From assembly GCA_001804285.1 (NCBI GenBank), contig MHFR01000053.1, positions 15,857 to 79,856 on the forward strand: DNA of 64,000 nucleotides, in the 5' to 3' direction. Below, one piece after another: positions 40,401 through 40,848 of this stretch. This stretch comes from Candidatus Danuiimicrobium aquiferis (GTDB taxonomy: Bacteria; Omnitrophota; Omnitrophia; Omnitrophales; Danuiimicrobiaceae). How positions within the stretch are numbered: the first letter of the stretch is position 1; each line of letters opens with the position of its first letter. The position numbers and the translations under genes are program-made. The notes beneath the pieces are model-generated. The model did no database searches. It was given only the letters and a program-made list of their open reading frames with translations, and was not told the DNA's origin.

Positions 40401-40848
40401 CTACAATTTGTTTCTCGATTTCGCGGATAATTTTTGCAATGTTTGTTTCGGAATCGTAATTCGCATGCGCATCCTGGAGGTAAATGACGAGGCGGTTGGC
40501 TTGCTTCGCCTCGTCAATTCCGAATTTCGAATTCCGAATATCGAATGCTCGCGAAGAAAAGGGGACAGGCATATGGCTCAAAAGCGACCCATTGCCTGTC
40601 CCCTTTTCTTTCGGTGTAAACTTATCCAAAATAATGCCCAGCTCTTCGGGGAGTGAAAGGGAACCGAGAATTTCTTCCGGATTCGCCTGACTCGTTCCGT
40701 GGCGTGGAAAGGCACTCCCCTGAAGAGTTTGGGCATAAACGTTGTTAAAAGGGTAATCAACAAGATTTAAAAGCGTGAAAGAAATGAGCAGAAAAATAGC
40801 GATGCACTTATAGGAATACCTTACGATAGGGTTATTCTGATTGGCCAC
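1495..40848 (-). CDS. Giant (13,117 aa) multi-module putative polyprotein: signal peptide, conserved N-terminal domain, cargo modules separated by R[SA]E[AVTM]R motifs, conserved C-terminus
   Basis: Uninterrupted 39.35 kb ORF with a GTG start below a consensus promoter and an N-terminal hydrophobic signal ending VYA-Q. The N-terminal domain is homologous to that of 41304-55604. About 25 R[SA]E[AVTM]R motifs and many recognisable enzyme motifs are in frame. Confidence 0.93.
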   Translation of the reverse strand: MANQNNPIVRYSYKCIAIFLLISFTLLNLVDYPFNNVYAQTLQGSAFPRHGTSQANPEEILGSLSLPEELGIILDKFTPKEKGTGNGSLLSHMPVPFSSRAFDIRNSKFGIDEAKQANRLVIYLQDAHANYDSETNIAKIIREIEKQIVGNGRGRSLLVLLEGGEGELDSLLFKSFPDEKIKKEILETYTRKGELTGGEIASILGESGEARYYGIEEKKLYDENKQAFLEAIEKEQEILGELDGVEGELDGRLAGAIHELPEEKGTGSSDKMSQLPVPFSFLQAQKSFRNDKIDLIEYVKVLEQFKNTADSAKEKGTGSGSAESEPVPFSEDSPKNLSAKRYPLFATQYPELSKILSAKDHETKYQGADDDIAMKKLIETFDLTILPKLSTDQQIEMGQMIQMYRTGQIAHGTLVNRMKEIAAVKNISIEIPEVLKPAMSHARTLESIKGTKLFEELQALEKELRTLLPQSEAERKLLADFYELELLKKLAKLELTHEEWGELQSLVTGHQSLEKGSYWSADGSQQQSVSSPNVSLGKERAGPSFSGVVGDLQTIDSRLKHAGMTVSRSTPVTSNLVSSDLRSLFQPHLRFYELALRRDEVLFKNTLAQMEKNKTNFAVIVTGGFHSEGLTKKFKESGISFATVMPKINELGDKTNYIHVMQGERSFTKYSYRNLWDALARDYVAKVGAALAGGPHPIPLPEGEGRGEGDLQVDHRLVPFLLKKWRDRMIQSAIADGKIEQVGTYTKYVDALGRVLSGQQSAVTSRQKTQDMSFPQAVGGNLKNVDTRHPGKDRASPRFTEGKHSEMTDEQDASFREALDRELNQSASNYVDQLKALVSQKFDIFGKGLKELWTNGNITEETVGRLIQQMNSVSNSHLGIELALTPQIQRGISDKVSGIRLKQSAYALRLKPNSRAEVRSEEIKAIIALGEKLNRNSLLGTNLFSQAGPNEGDVPVVSIQVVQAKDAETILRYVRVDPMFGGSFASRDAFLEYQSTLIENAKVSRHELLPLFVSSPVGIRFRKAMAKMGVHRITVDLIPYEVWDDYDYAFAVRNRIKEGDQLYVSIPDMSFSDVHLDVDHLSFFVVIELMKSIRELNWGADALTSEGIIFQDDQPFIPQISVPRIPGFYLLLQFLKSKKFLPETILTELSEKQYPYSRQLEQMFGAVSEEELAAFLWEQLPVESGEPIYTMLGDRQTGRSYTIEFEHSRPDFRIRSKDLNQYIRLLKAPHGLELNYKLELPDRRSSRPFLSIDVSSLFQRQIEQVFSRAGSGKVKEAVSLIEGKQYGLHELIDRFLKEAAEMGVLEFDDRGAALRVDRKVSPPQANMRKPKSFLSDEGQGPVRSETRAKKGKSPDQSVSGPISNQDIVDAIINVYAVKLTAQLREQDERMTFPRKEIARKSLMKLVAEALGIKESELEQIVGKDFLTFLDLLNAKQGEANWKEGQLFRRQLEDEDFTVLTRKTITAALESKRAKTQEKPGMKRSEARNLHWEGVNIGVGEKQTFPMEGLNGSYEVFHLRQPEVISSGLGLNLTGDVQAMLVMWHSQGDTHEPLFLQISGGAAGSQTGYSFYADRGVYDFNVMKPVFDRYDPENELRAMKQMRAEVFTRVNQEQDDQLPSGPGLHFRGIHVVPTGWISNLGVGKGSQGQIDENSMFDLNLEVEPEQKDEAVSQQPLGIEGIQVAGVEFFDSSLKPFDGEAGRNRFRALYLEGAEEIAEALGGFGFDLPGNHKEAVLVFWEDREAGQSIPLFFQISGGGMQARKRLVFNIANIDWLARHDRLFFSKRGLKDLAQKIKTASNGGAPGILWRADFNLSEMKYHGLDETEMRSGTVEASVGYLTKVEVAVSLEELQEGSAIQSLEISVNQRSEARIESGKPQQLLTEARNNNESDNRLSIGMRESTLNVSKETFKRAKARDLSLQPRQRPEVAAERSEARMTDQQMEIWIADFHKEAEGIGRARRHTVNGSARRIVRNQLLPKGSKILSLGAWLGHDELFLAMHGYDVTATDFISEAVEHIAGRAREFKVSDHLRAQLQDLHEPLIFDSESFDAVYAHLSLHYLDQATLAQRIQEIRRILRPGGKVFVVVRSTDDWKYREANEQTGKVHTTHEMGGILRATEGGFIVDSRGKQQRFFDRAELSEVFSSFGDLSIEKNRFQRFKDEPVSTVFEISATKFRSEARNLTPKTGTGSGSMDAEPVPVLEKPQQLSIKARKSTLADQALAERAEVHNLERSSNQLLIKTNESPREAQGNQARAEARNAFPTRRRFFKIAAVFAGLGVSGCVEKIVSMSGYSGFRDDRTSRVAAAVVLKILEQGIEKEVKNHAIDLEAVRSEIQTRAEAIASERRLAGDNVSDFIEKVVILVAGALLMADSYLEGRPAAKGEREKIAIQKMKDAGSNGIFIAQSVLAAWAARARAGQISKKNSETLVRISSEIFHSLYGNFPAWRSDRKIKVINGLKDFVRNVADAANNPSARREDLKTIDRIHALHFIGLTYYPRQTEDQHWSFDLFRYKTYESWEQKSGEKRHPGDGKYDVMFVYPAVAVREAKHMAFHEYGSDLTYVNVEFVYEYCQSILSMLNIIAAALDGKMSKEDMLAQITDLWDTLKTNERRKVEPNAPRWKDEFQKDERDQLMTLLEEALKRDFQEEFQDHKIVSGPVMLNEVVRRYLASILLHEFQHQVDNAKGKKTANQRYSDITLQLARENLGEATAILAMLYPGMMDPEQKEKKVKGLQFFDLFSFSDDFLEDHLYRRFNFSERKSGENIFWYPDMPKDEEQKGAYLQGVNVLRLLSELGALLAEDEGGGHEEFNRAWNILVVKGNSDESYRERRKRASLVVEKLMKFNDKDFTTKIWTVFLRLHAAYVNPFEEQGKTPDLVSPEPDLQYLERTAHDDWTPAFAVTGGRSEVREENNPEFQVPSSELVQTAQLETHPRAEARTQIGLDILKKLAENEDSPLYLLSDDDLATIAGRTQKLKRIPNGTEFIVGGTGLDQYSDGQNLIFFVTNGRVQVEFEDGETLQVPNLPNLYGEIILFKGKRSATVRAVSDDVELYGITKKDAGELMTEIPCFQMALSALADSRLSRKAIANALRQMTQAFIEMSQSTASQMSHGQALEDFERLLQTHMTLFLSPVMKPEQRQIFRNQVMVTLHHAMKAAVRNQEIAQMVVGTMYMFLRSDAKNNAEINAAAKELFEAIVDFNLTAEDLAPSEAEPLPARYAAWRDYVRQTKLDGFLKAPWKNRSEVRTKKGARGRGRARLERYVKQLRSSDPAVRNEAIRELAAFYANPNRRRFKRTIERKFDEARLLAKVIGIPVGLEPENFAHQVWISLILALKNYASPKAKKTQKAKTPLLMFLHRVVRATIFEMLAERWGGLDGEEVAIPQNAIDDAFRSLNEAEKILGKGSLETDLEVFRKKFEKIFDDKRKALGTSTKSLLPFQEFTDKIRRNMAIPDRGDAQAKGEDIETRERFFQWLEVALARLDEHKRSILARHYGLAPGSLREKLAEIAKDMTLDPGLLRRQHWYVLETLRAIFSAKRAQDYSPIVPEDFRWLGRYLDQLQASRKAEKTEERKRADKVVVFIDSIIQIKDVNEKQNKIGGVLRVWDEAHGVKGYLGAGLFPAGTEFSAENLAIIDAAVRRFCDHMLALEDEGRIRRFPRYLFEKDYPYPKAYRPYGFDFLAGRAEARVGKDQSSEEIREQFHSVFILAAARKGFGRVVVRFLKGDILEGKISIAFAEPSDLSTQETGDFVLTQIDASREELERIHRALTQGHDIGSTWNLWFGFFSTALKQFIFLLREQPRKWTEDLEQKLNALEDHEVDGHNFEVTYRIERDDDPKSLTGQKLVAELLDTTTEQEANERAQASFFKDILRKLQLLKPGDISRKPVATLDVYTWARDGFDYKIIPSGGHLGGQLSLQVKRTGEDEIFREEKLLLFSEPDLFAAILEQLEGKSRKNRAEARDTISIAEFEKRLEASAKEHGLAYTKDTKVALFIGDEANVMKTNANKKYEYIFRQIYPQVTGQTPLDMLRISYAVKSETELKELIDIVRSHPRVIGAVATQPWKRTIGKYLDEQTERARMVRAVNHVTKQSNGRLLGDAIDGIAFINAYGDAVGGFKGKKILLLGGAGGAGRETGEALAAEGVSSLGLVETKENLEQAEAFAQTLRERYPGIRMTAATGNEEQFYRLLADADVLINASGKELPFSDLNGISEGMYVIDMVRMPLATSLLIQAKERGAYIFNGVEMALWNSLIHASRWIERTGSVQVAPGNMYQPLHSYDHDELRNLTAEEIVSPSRSEARLPPVAASTSSDETLRSLPKMRDIKHTTRRTFLIKTAAYFGLAGFVGACAKLVPGLPDLLFLPEVPPGEMPEEPPVAPEAPEVPAGTGTQLLNNYTVMHGDGNLNAAQLSEGAGIELIPMNAESNWAGGWLSPYLPDFDQYEKVVLTVQSDAGGLVSFSFEIKQGSSWLLDGKGYRVTFNADGKEHRIAVPNHTPPGKIGNYMAFSNVTKKMQVNSAIAVPRSEARLKNSSEARVPSFELGKRDQLETQPRAEVRNQQQALREKRTQLIEAANNFEELTQETLAGALKAARRMRGVSNLPQRLSSKLNPEARAVLSETVRGPFKQKILDHLKKKIDAKGVIVVNIPAGAYQNYFDADTDLSQLAWIDDEGRFVILNKFYEYLETLKLKDAQKTRLIASLLIRLAVTDYLRDVLRQNGIRRNRTINEQIKKIAVLYEQQAAGKSRIALAKTVSSDATFLSDITSSFIYFNRVDRQAAAERTPMMVRSKPLREERILGQEGDFMEEPARPQAGREREGTLIHRLSVVARGYYYNRKEYQEEASQKRPDQTKLQQIERNRVRLVGQFATLREDFTKENFNFLSIRTIRGIEQITSVSVLREKIKRYSEKYEDIVRRLSKHVGDDTKAERMKRLNQAAMDVLSRLLLMELHPAWMDQLMNQGDLTADSPKLGVLFSRFRQLRYHMNALKREFLWKRVRQAGRREVIRYMTQEDIKGWSIGNYLLSKEFFRSVLGTEEVRSELLDSATGEIRGDVKAKIRKLFKGDVLVVERIGYRRQRAYLKNSVEKLIQPYWELPGFKDFVVSRIREEGGKIKGKASEVSVDAVVQVFTSGVIEENGLHGVIFDDIEEFLLSKADDEKEQENIEANFNQYGRADIDTVSADLIGAEYHNVFDLLRAFDHTLWSYAEANMAAYDMLGYLDDALGRLKELQKGQLDKDIPGVTDARQKARKHIRDNLANVLEWASRGKKPSRRIVIDDMVGAELAFLFTDDKVLARAIRWARFHIENYVDENIRISKYIALKTMEVRDVVRKPVQVLLDGAKISETVKEIDQLRNRFPPQFEDPGYQRLRKRLRNVRDTLNALDGRTILFGRDETQNNRMRKQYVKQLVELEMVIYDVIYKHMPDDEFGGIEDSFRGEIEKKILAGERLEDVISFNRETLLRLHERVKGAQRSEVRGIGTLLRATGGDGTAQGLSSPRPPNNAVGSANALVADTRGSSWIPTSVGMTQGTRSEARNNINSTKADIGQSAQVSSIRSKRHVSRAEARAAVKSAKAAEAVTDGNIIKFYRRRRKVLALLHQWNSARADHPDSSSRVLLQRAFAADMAEIISELDINIRQIIPDIPEEIEPLKELGNLVDDAVALQAKIAEFDPILANINSQFKLPEEIGNLLEIDGLSKKNVRWLKRKLKAQLLLLRKKLLVPIPKQASIIDLFDQIIKTYEDISYEYKWRNKNFSPREKTVERIEILPDGKIIIWQHVWKNVPVAGGGTSRESVLTGIHYDNLEEALRSRNDILRDYHEDFGMFFGQHQILGEALENMKRYAAFLQRGRVEPTITEMIRQDIRKVLDGKKGLGGRETPVHDRDAGGKVLPLPGDSLQQSLTMLSEGHMEGARTSIETAQRYIEIRIDEILRIRSRIEQDRVNIYTLYRDELVRQALGGLRDYLKTTPLVQILPLGLESFRSRLAEIQRVYFSTEIRERYYQRLQSGLRKVIVAVTELEGSVENGRVNHLKDQISSIFKYLGAPGRSEMRNFKANKGVIPVQTGIQLDSRFRGNDKQKGDRHMTQVERLPVPFFGKLETQLRSEARASEPVDAGSFLVALQKYQQDKIPSDALIQKLVEDLKRLKLAHQFRLDQPDIHFADVEPKFNLILDELKKRIKPARLALGKMHDPRVRLSSQENIISRELPLYYYMAEAILRIQGNYEELIHMTYETLIVFQNQPQLLIGRRLLLVDIFRDLKRYDKMRVELEMLLGEPDFLEERRAFATLDFAEVLRKFNLPLQSDEITQTIKWLDQALVLVERSSFFRKDKESKKLIQERLLSEKAVFLLLAGDEELVKTIEITTPLVGEKNSLPIVKTIHFAALRMLATKLLNEDTADQSAVSFFAKATDIVREDVLAFRMLTDDLGDTDPLDWRFYFFASLSLYQKEYQKAINILSALAEKYRNTKENIFLMYVLFDLARLYQLTGSHEQAHQIFKLFLEVLLRLPEIDQQVHLNQLALLNRSGHGDEISDLVSAILGKLNEWPKEKSVFLALYKFANRYTDIEMSDLMNQTWEVLNQKTMSEEDWEKLEFLLAGEEDENRLSALRRIHRMMGVAKNKVTYARLQAKAKEIASRTVSYDDMYHDSIIAGPISTMRLHERRQIKFTEWLTGEFIRADYDAKVFFSQISSLEQKMSEMMGATHMHPVFYLMGVVALDSFLEISGRLNWLQVRMVEGLREFIAAERGTLLKKIKIFSADAQSLQLLMKLTKVFTDAGDWQSVEGLHQEYQRKAAELVKKATGSGKTEDVSSARKVFLKNDSFFQMTAMASMGAMMTGKTKESAQYLDHWFSRVKELVEKKPDWLPAKNKVPFRDLIDSLPYISLGLFYAKLQSDEEGRRALTEFLNRSLDFVLSENDAQDLMQVAGLAWDLEEFGTFVKLMIPIAEKPEKIKEGSSGQYIRSVEFLIMAYHIARSNGWLSEAEKMKAALERLFPQYERLTKESKSRGAQVPFQMAKGFSHLVQGENDKALESVLVATQQEYPADYYRSIYISPMLAVAYDLNQRKEDALRTIRETLLPVSEIRKKLKRYFDSSDHPETMRSSVASFVLMLPAEQIQRILNLWASLLLSAPDEPLAEWEIEQILWYIKIINPQFLRTMIRSHIETLTEQPGQQSVSRESKILAEYEAAVTPNSGDYLFLDGVSRRPEMASAIRQKVEAILKKWMHDLSGPDLVRIARDFYDQGRYDDAGRLLGQINPRATEPEVQTAIAQLSERVAKAKGLLQQMRDQYKHLNFEEALKTIDELMGVNPENPEAARIRSNIEKIQQARTLVQQGKGPEGIGILTELQAGPAGDVVIKGLVRAFEAFASRLDEVSGLMDESRYLEAERKLQAAVAVAETSWPFARNRTDVENLFEQIEKSRSLVRQYQEQIKKDGPIASFFENVQKLATFPEHRDQAYQSILEEALRSLNDGLYTKAFQWSRLVFELNADYPASENYLELARIVISHAMANYWMPQLIDDDFMIGAMVEAENKRDERERRAKGLPPSAAIEFTFQTIEFTHNGFIAHGIPAEQLKGFVWRGDTFRIKPKGKTEALQPFFRVKQTGTDSLEFELPKVSAGYDYIKSELEDALKQGGALIRIKNSSWVNQKDMLDDVVSNLGRTAHGHIAIDLKKLGASGISEKVSKATTGDPRFDLLLGLSLFISDPAQNGRVSDEHALIETTVEAKEQAEKQQLDKAQQAGVIEGLMSSVPIALYQGPPGTGKTTAIVWLAELFLKLGRKVLILSQTNPGVDNVALKLMDRELLKDGQGPIARVGNNEEPIDQKVLELLWNVKEEKLDSLVRLRAAGKGTLTLGTTNGMPLDSDLQKRPQLWNADVIIIDEASRGTVPETLLPVYKFKGSSSGRQKVLIVGDHEQLPAYGLGDDDIKFAMNEFLIWKIRDIQTPFGTRQLSKIFDPAKLGRFKISLLENMINIFFTRDAEVFRVTQPPFYFFDIQRRSGRLIVDLINYFYHGKLIAGRDVDGTVIEEDTRGIYREEKTGQVDEMGRFNRGEINLAVSWVNRLINRQGVAAKDIAVISPYQRQVDMISDALLHFSKIHEAFSSVISAQGPPAISAESAAALNLIFQSEFVRFRMHENLFQEFSREDPTFRQKAYPEREKIIQEEMKLFDADVRRFIAQPTKEMATQFLRDLDLGNSFVPSADVSSGAFKVITVDSSIGSEYKAVILSWVRSNKGGSVGFLADPVDGKKRRNVGISRAQDILINIWDSETFLNSTDPEIRRWAKHNVGVFDRAQRLGGAGRAEVRNFKANKGVIPVQTGIQLDSRFRGNDSKQKGDRQSLNLSHMPVPFFGKLGTLNSELGTQFRSEARTATVPLVHFIREKNQGSQTVYLTSTKYSVGTGAWQNLPENISSAMRLLLRHNRNVRVIQVSPELTEHSLTAAFERAAGPLENDFRNDRFEIRTRHFDDLPPGLEHLRANGQLRKGHIKLLEISPLRVRIETDRSLVLTDQAFRELTARAQAYGPDIRAKLVTLLEGRSSETPKFADLNPLRDFPLGSGTKGFLRVVYYVSPGSKHIYILSVSEKKNETTLKDHEKLQSIAQAIRRTPDKTNLISGGKFLGTYPVQTEAATREFLEQGLGLVVSAPEEAVLEEVRLEPEPLANEPSTDELRSMFTGAMETLQFIAEHLGMGLPRLMAEWGKGIIEKSAKPAARPKPVKKTYALDMSQGYLPQEYKEWLAGIRSAQPEMAVTVNQRGLEDVAYVLKIQRGEEESISPVRFSGLAKYRHLEYYLVPFYDADTNSFGLQIYVPRNGSALLGEDSPAVAQNLSVSEVKKNADSVGAIVIRKMGKLSEQPEEWSMAIASTTTEKDTPAKRTASTAERKPKDYAQLKGDVFERLVALVFHHVSQGRFDYDGFVASDPLLSEYRAPDYIWNRGIYDAKLGSDIADIGQAIIKYTLLKELHPDLFDPAQPVTLIVLNGEELEDFSLPGYVKGKDYRFVEINQFLAEVLPEDAVVSSWSRKELVGQFERLRINELTVPALDEWRKKLGEKIHAESIVTRKTVKSKLTTQELHGFLRTQPETVRDFVRSTKNRVAEHTKQTKARYINEQYVRLVKRLVGLRGAIPDGEWIRANLPEHEKIFDEIRGLIEESLLLLKEILPREIYPEEETRTLAMRRRVAQAPRSGVDVPVLPESIAEPIAPSVAASGAETIIEAEEAEPEAPATPVIASSPEANEAILEQGLPRQPADSRLAMTPETTLPAAVSHILPKIDLSPFQPSGHLDPALGVELSRGFFIMNDAVNTALTNLGIFKKTRLYENRNLSQREYHQFLVALNDLSPVTHAQYFKNIGQNTESGRNKLNQALNSGRERILFAETMVRGQPQFLEQSLQKFSRGLAFFEVVRRRSVGPLFKALGQESLYAKIRKGRFLSLSEWESLQLSVGSARADNPNVDPALHVQLEVFVEEIEAVARAINELAVANYDQYTRTVAASSGETTPVLPQSGPLGPEPVSETPADGPNMGQGGRVIGKIDPALADRWGFPRDVKVFEMGPGSFMQDPRDELEAETRRKGGAVIQDPRGLRLHIPAESMTSSGIPEAAEGPREKPAVVQYIINEFGDLGKSGNGILDLNAEVNEFLIADQQGKPVPEHLLAERSIMATIYRGATADRSEFFGDIDASVERARAFIRSDLGPRDAADAIIEYISRAPNPLLEYLVLFHVHLVDRHAGNINYKISVPFVAAINKNFGDKAFQKIRKYFDEMYVKENVQVYLKFLCMLAIRRTAGDPKIRFAETVGTRHPQYEHFVAALVPDTRSSSLPARLKEADAIIRADDFFAQSDATLNNVIRTVGEGLLSFYTVELGQTVSLLQQKMFSREATKDNIPAFVFEEGAHFADLVYQSIWSDDAELSMSAQLLLISFFSFSEKGPTSNAVFRGDRSWFGDDLSKLRMEFFKHYLEHPEDRYKVDWFKLYSGVDSLTLKEMYRYVHDLAAKPDISFEQVRKLFEEVRVFAHLFTEEETVHRYVDEVLEPLSAGVGIVVIRDVRKAIEQNEDGSPIAAELIFLRSIYSEKGFSGFRDSIEKTIQERLSRFAASGEPASGIRTAVDVLWFLSGEKVDRLTKKLKHILISAGDELDQAAINLLASPKNRNGLEKVDQLAEKIREEQRSEVRASFDELMALAKAQPDLVPYIARSLRTIALALPGSAQSGMDAAFQQMEFNAKLFTEDLNRFLDQHISRDYAGRDLLIEMVRKMFTDSWIDSHSEGEIGRTLFGVLSFIKEAGFFHHDADRFIKIFLEWFSFDNIRVMELDSITSKDEAFDKLLVTLPEQLRSAAGSQGNPRSVLRIPVRSAEQLVWWNEINQAFNLGLEIIPGLNTNQTVPAALRRQTDFGNIEVVLENEQYWLKRIMLRFKQPVEIPYFGQVSEITLVAANANTFTKFPERFRTAAQAAKERSKGIDHLAWIKELAADIEGGRVRMENLPVGVMGLLSRDAKVQFVAKLNEAIGDKSKNISEQWIVSEDKAREFESQRAQVVSQKFNRKLTRELQDRVAAAKTSLDAKLRVIQSRVHPLLTLDPARIATLEDDILNFDTKSKAMIGKLVAGRETNDFETLKTQATQAIGAIETAISESVDELKETGSPMAMHAAHMDRIVADPSLRAETNLQEISIFEVLNRNDEAGGFEGNIEIFLTMEKTVRNLQKLIREGQISPDQRTLLERWEADAIALLAFVSIVIEKFQTDQSIIREYFATSPAFEFDFWDSINVFFETIGASVSKGPLVLLSDRAKDAAALLNLMIPRESLTPEQGQLFDQLENKTAEEIAQQINLARNMEGAGALNKDVLAGRYVSVKEMMAKAPKKIFVTKEEILPKLHEALAGLSRPSDEVLRQMKLELLTGAPAPILNFSGMYAYVVDSVAKSFLEPGHDAGGVLQQAFSAIWLTQSREADSRYPLWGADILEAFQAKEAEKKPAKRLQIDQVEKVRTYTVSSKTRGQQKVFYKVVELNAKQLTGPLALEVPENAVAKLVYWRSKQGKGKSEPLFLIIDDGKMHTILWASPSIYDHQVFDREATPLGMSSLSLIWNDYFMSDSQVTQISLSEPAQMMQAIGFVVGLEASEQSVNLRLELDKDKAAEKSSDYLTPAAPVVAKRVFDSYYGLPFSVPKNALEIIKTAMGQMNAWHRKNNPNATDSLDQKFAVASAALQKLIDQKGHASFFKIIQVLDQMNQYVTGARREAAWLFESKQFMDHRAIDLFQAGDNALTRQYQDHIASVFIKYRAPGFEIPTLGADKPVFIMGLVDSSGKIYRANFETFVYTDIEDSSKQVRFSGFDGMFQATPGWQILVMGHELPLPDISPKNIFVLNRKAFEQAKAASAADAKREKPTFSFPAGVFTVRTKIPAGSTFDTANADEARTAIDAFFAQSVTVSKDKLEVVSKAVEELKNACEEMRIYPESGRLDDRYGLRASYKESTEMIDRIRSQSSGDVALSEFNRLENNLRKLGASARKSMNKRYKPESFMPRMQMLVVNKRYVGAYNALSELSKELVFDTAPVLLKVDVPEKGPHLMIGIVSGDKQDNLIATPERGFFRSIRETGLRVNLETYPQPLSGPELMAHTGYSYLLMPEKQYLSENPVAPELIQVMQIPELGEIQRGVGVVLSRSPAEKLMQPSGLFPPAFGVELAKGVFIMEDRFFKLLSKYKQPNQQRSLDLSFSEEQFDRFLKDLEQEIPAMYQALDKSESGKAALRKNLNESYSRFYRSAEIGKESLQVRPDKRQVLVMASFNAAFNVLGLDEYRFIREAYNQAREFFQIKTIGLSESEFAQVGRFIGIFFKKDGAKRARARTILFKLRDNWKIAEELVMRNYERRFGSLSETEKAAEAPVDSELFEPADPAISEKALFAYFKQQVVTPERELLKLRGNLVSLGERAGKLKVGVSSGFTTSLRESIKLIEGLLAKPVVRIEEFVHANIKVLVVFNEVGAIQKAIDEKYDVGPDGRGKKREAAEPSVMNFVKAYAGSVEALRDLHRMLTPVSFRYPEFALAGEALRMLGMVDPQGELQAVDPNETNFLKLVQKNGAGWQYLFFREMDEGYLAPATPKNVVTLRVPLQPDHGFYQNIGMEAGVVDAFIPPGMRNGGVTEPIRKRGEVRLQNSSEFRVPSFGLGQTDQLETLNSELGTQFRAEVRTESSDPLTSQAEGEVEHLKKLKMHAKAGTLDQFYFSMIDSDLLSARNDALGKRFFGTLGNEPSPDVIIANVSLYREAREILNQVMQGQIHRYVGGDEAVLEFAGPKMGRSEFVSQPVGLYTKAFENRYAIYRLDLKGYKEKDIQEFQKMIRTMGLKYIVAAVRHGNGFNLLVRKQGPGVSLRDGGQNIVEAISEVSSPRTRGSSWIPTSVGMTSSPDSTFFQRVELARLMNELKLPSGRLLAVEFENILTISLGAVSAKQVLDYLVTQTTDMEKETGNRSLLSNMPVPFSGSNYWVDEAGKLREDRLDEFYIWGLRFANDALSKAKQNGRNQNYVLSSIGWIGNIVPEGKRLSSEAFSQKVVELREALEQKKLAKQAEEGMLRAHPDPLTKTLDMDTFKHHLAHGRMNNLMLLSVRDYFAEHAILEKKSAGRAYHRLQSGDGKKDGIGYQNGNRVLQKLAELVKEDLLREARAPKLVSRIPPDGFLVGKRYRGLGKKLRTPEALLQSLESMNQSLVGAFPEFSLQPHFVLYDIPLDQFQQASENFRNLFPSPLSLVKGLEWILDVMSLPTFDEPLDGLRELVDVHVSPAGNAMLLEFNPANADRLVEMYRKVQDEKSEAALQKLGWSAKPLSDNDLGRSEVRNENSFGSRVSGSKQKGDRHMIQVERLPVPFFGKLETLNSEPGTQFSEIIDRVFLRTPDATDISGFTKALAVLRNSGMTYEEALSILRQAVVSEINRMNDSTDPFTEENLARATDLAEAIQSIKEVTMVDYKISEEDLAMMSSEARDLSSQSRRGGKVAAARAESVVRKLHDFASQAANSNLHIIPRISMPSSLKPVMDNIPVNQDDPVRRIISVTGKQMQVIFTNKMLPNSETFFGNDPAITIATAVTGIKGLMFDAGQDANGVPFSYRGEKETGTAAQLFTAALVALSKKTVEWLRRHDDRIQVESRDALSALDLVIHVLAQGIRSEQLTGSAA
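2520..4428 (-). other. Module in giant ORF1: two degenerate GGDEF (diguanylate cyclase-like) domains
   Basis: FSMIDSD..SARNDALG, RYVGGDEAVL (GGDEA at 4135-4149), LTISLG, ANDALSKAKQNGRNQ. Second copy DPLTKT...GYQNGNRVLQKLA...SRIPPDGFLV. Confidence 0.7.
3791..3844. repeat. In-frame 54-nt GTCATTCCC...GGGAATCCAG-CTGGATCCCC...GGGGATGAC double-hairpin REP-like element
   Basis: Family copies at 3791-3844, 15934-15987, 22675-22728, 24314-24412 (with nested insert) and 57508-57561; longer variants at 38426-38533 and 39155-39262. All lengths are multiples of 3. Confidence 0.85.
13169..13254. repeat. In-frame GTCATTGCGAG...CTCGCAATGAC palindromic element
   Basis: Terminal inverted repeats. Second full copy at 62966-63055; half copies near 3851-3892 and 24413-24455. 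Confidence 0.8.
13900..14280 (-). other. Domain in giant ORF1: PD-(D/E)xK nuclease-like
   Basis: KGDVFERLV ... APDY ... IYDAK, giving the helix-E, PD, D-x-K order. Confidence 0.6.
15150..15420 (-). other. Domain in giant ORF1: RelE/ParE-like toxin fold
   Basis: LVLTDQAFREL ... IRAKLVTL ... LRVVYYV...HIYILSVSEKK follows the RelE pattern. Confidence 0.5.
15875..15926. repeat. In-frame AAAAGGGGACAGG...CCTGTCCCCTTTT hairpin family (translates as KGTG/KGDR...PVPF)
   Basis: Copies at approximately 2411-2462, 3561-3611, 15875-15926, 22619-22670, 34253-34303, 39861-39908, 40011-40061, 40557-40607, 56828-56880, 58844-58894, 59684-59745, 60990-61030 and 62213-62263. Intergenic relatives at 59-108 and 1424-1476. 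Confidence 0.88.
16030..17720 (-). other. Domain in giant ORF1: SF1 Upf1/DNA2-like helicase, preceded by a long TPR-like helical region (~18400-22580)
   Basis: QGPPGTGKTT (~17624-17652), SQTNPGVDN, IIIDEAS, VGDHEQLP, QRRS, VISPYQRQV, TVDSSIGSE, RRNVGISRAQ. Confidence 0.9.
27315..27975 (-). other. Module in giant ORF1: internal Tat-lipoprotein signal, Pro/Glu linker and beta-rich carbohydrate-binding-like domain
   Basis: TTRRTFLIKTAAYFGLAGFVGAC followed by PEVPPGEMPEEPP. The domain is homologous to 43617-44080 in ORF2. Confidence 0.55.
27991..28992 (-). other. Module in giant ORF1: shikimate dehydrogenase (AroE)-like
   Basis: ATQPWK, AVNHV, LLGDAIDG, LLLGGAGGAGR, ADVLINAS, VIDMVRMPLAT.LL..AK..G..IFNGVEM. 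Confidence 0.8.
29827..31131 (-). other. Module in giant ORF1: sigma70-factor-like (regions 2 and 4)
   Basis: DPAVRNEAI...ISLILALKNY...RVVRATI (region 2-like). ALARLDEHKRSILARHYGL....LAEIAK.M.L....LRR......L..LR (region 4 HTH, ~30280-30455). Confidence 0.65.
31630..31950 (-). other. Domain in giant ORF1: cyclic nucleotide-binding domain
   Basis: FFVTNGRVQV ... LYGEIILFKGKRSATVRAVSD.VELY.I. Confidence 0.8.
32152..34080 (-). other. Module in giant ORF1: internal Tat-lipoprotein signal plus HExxH (zincin-like) domain
   Basis: PTRRRFFKIAAVFAGLGVSGC (Cys at 34009-34011) directly after RAEAR. LLHEFQH (~32824-32844) with downstream GEATA. Homologous module at ~45950-48065. Confidence 0.65.
34330..35043 (-). 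other. Module in giant ORF1: class I SAM-dependent methyltransferase
   Basis: KILSLGAWLG, VTATDF, DSESFDAVYAHLSLHY, IRRILRPGGKV. Bounded exactly by RSEAR motifs at 35044-35058 and 34315-34329. Confidence 0.85.
38721..38767. repeat. In-frame CCCTC...GAGGG REP-like palindrome (PHPIPLPEGEGRGEG)
   Basis: ccctcacccctcccctctccctctgggagagggatagggtgaggg. A related double element lies at 54625-54712. Confidence 0.75.
40377..40404. repeat. In-frame GTAG-type REP palindrome
   Basis: gtagggaacggccgcgaccgttccctac. Relatives at 53536-53564 (gtaggggcgggttttaaacccgcccctac), 55321-55381 and 40066-40087. Confidence 0.8.
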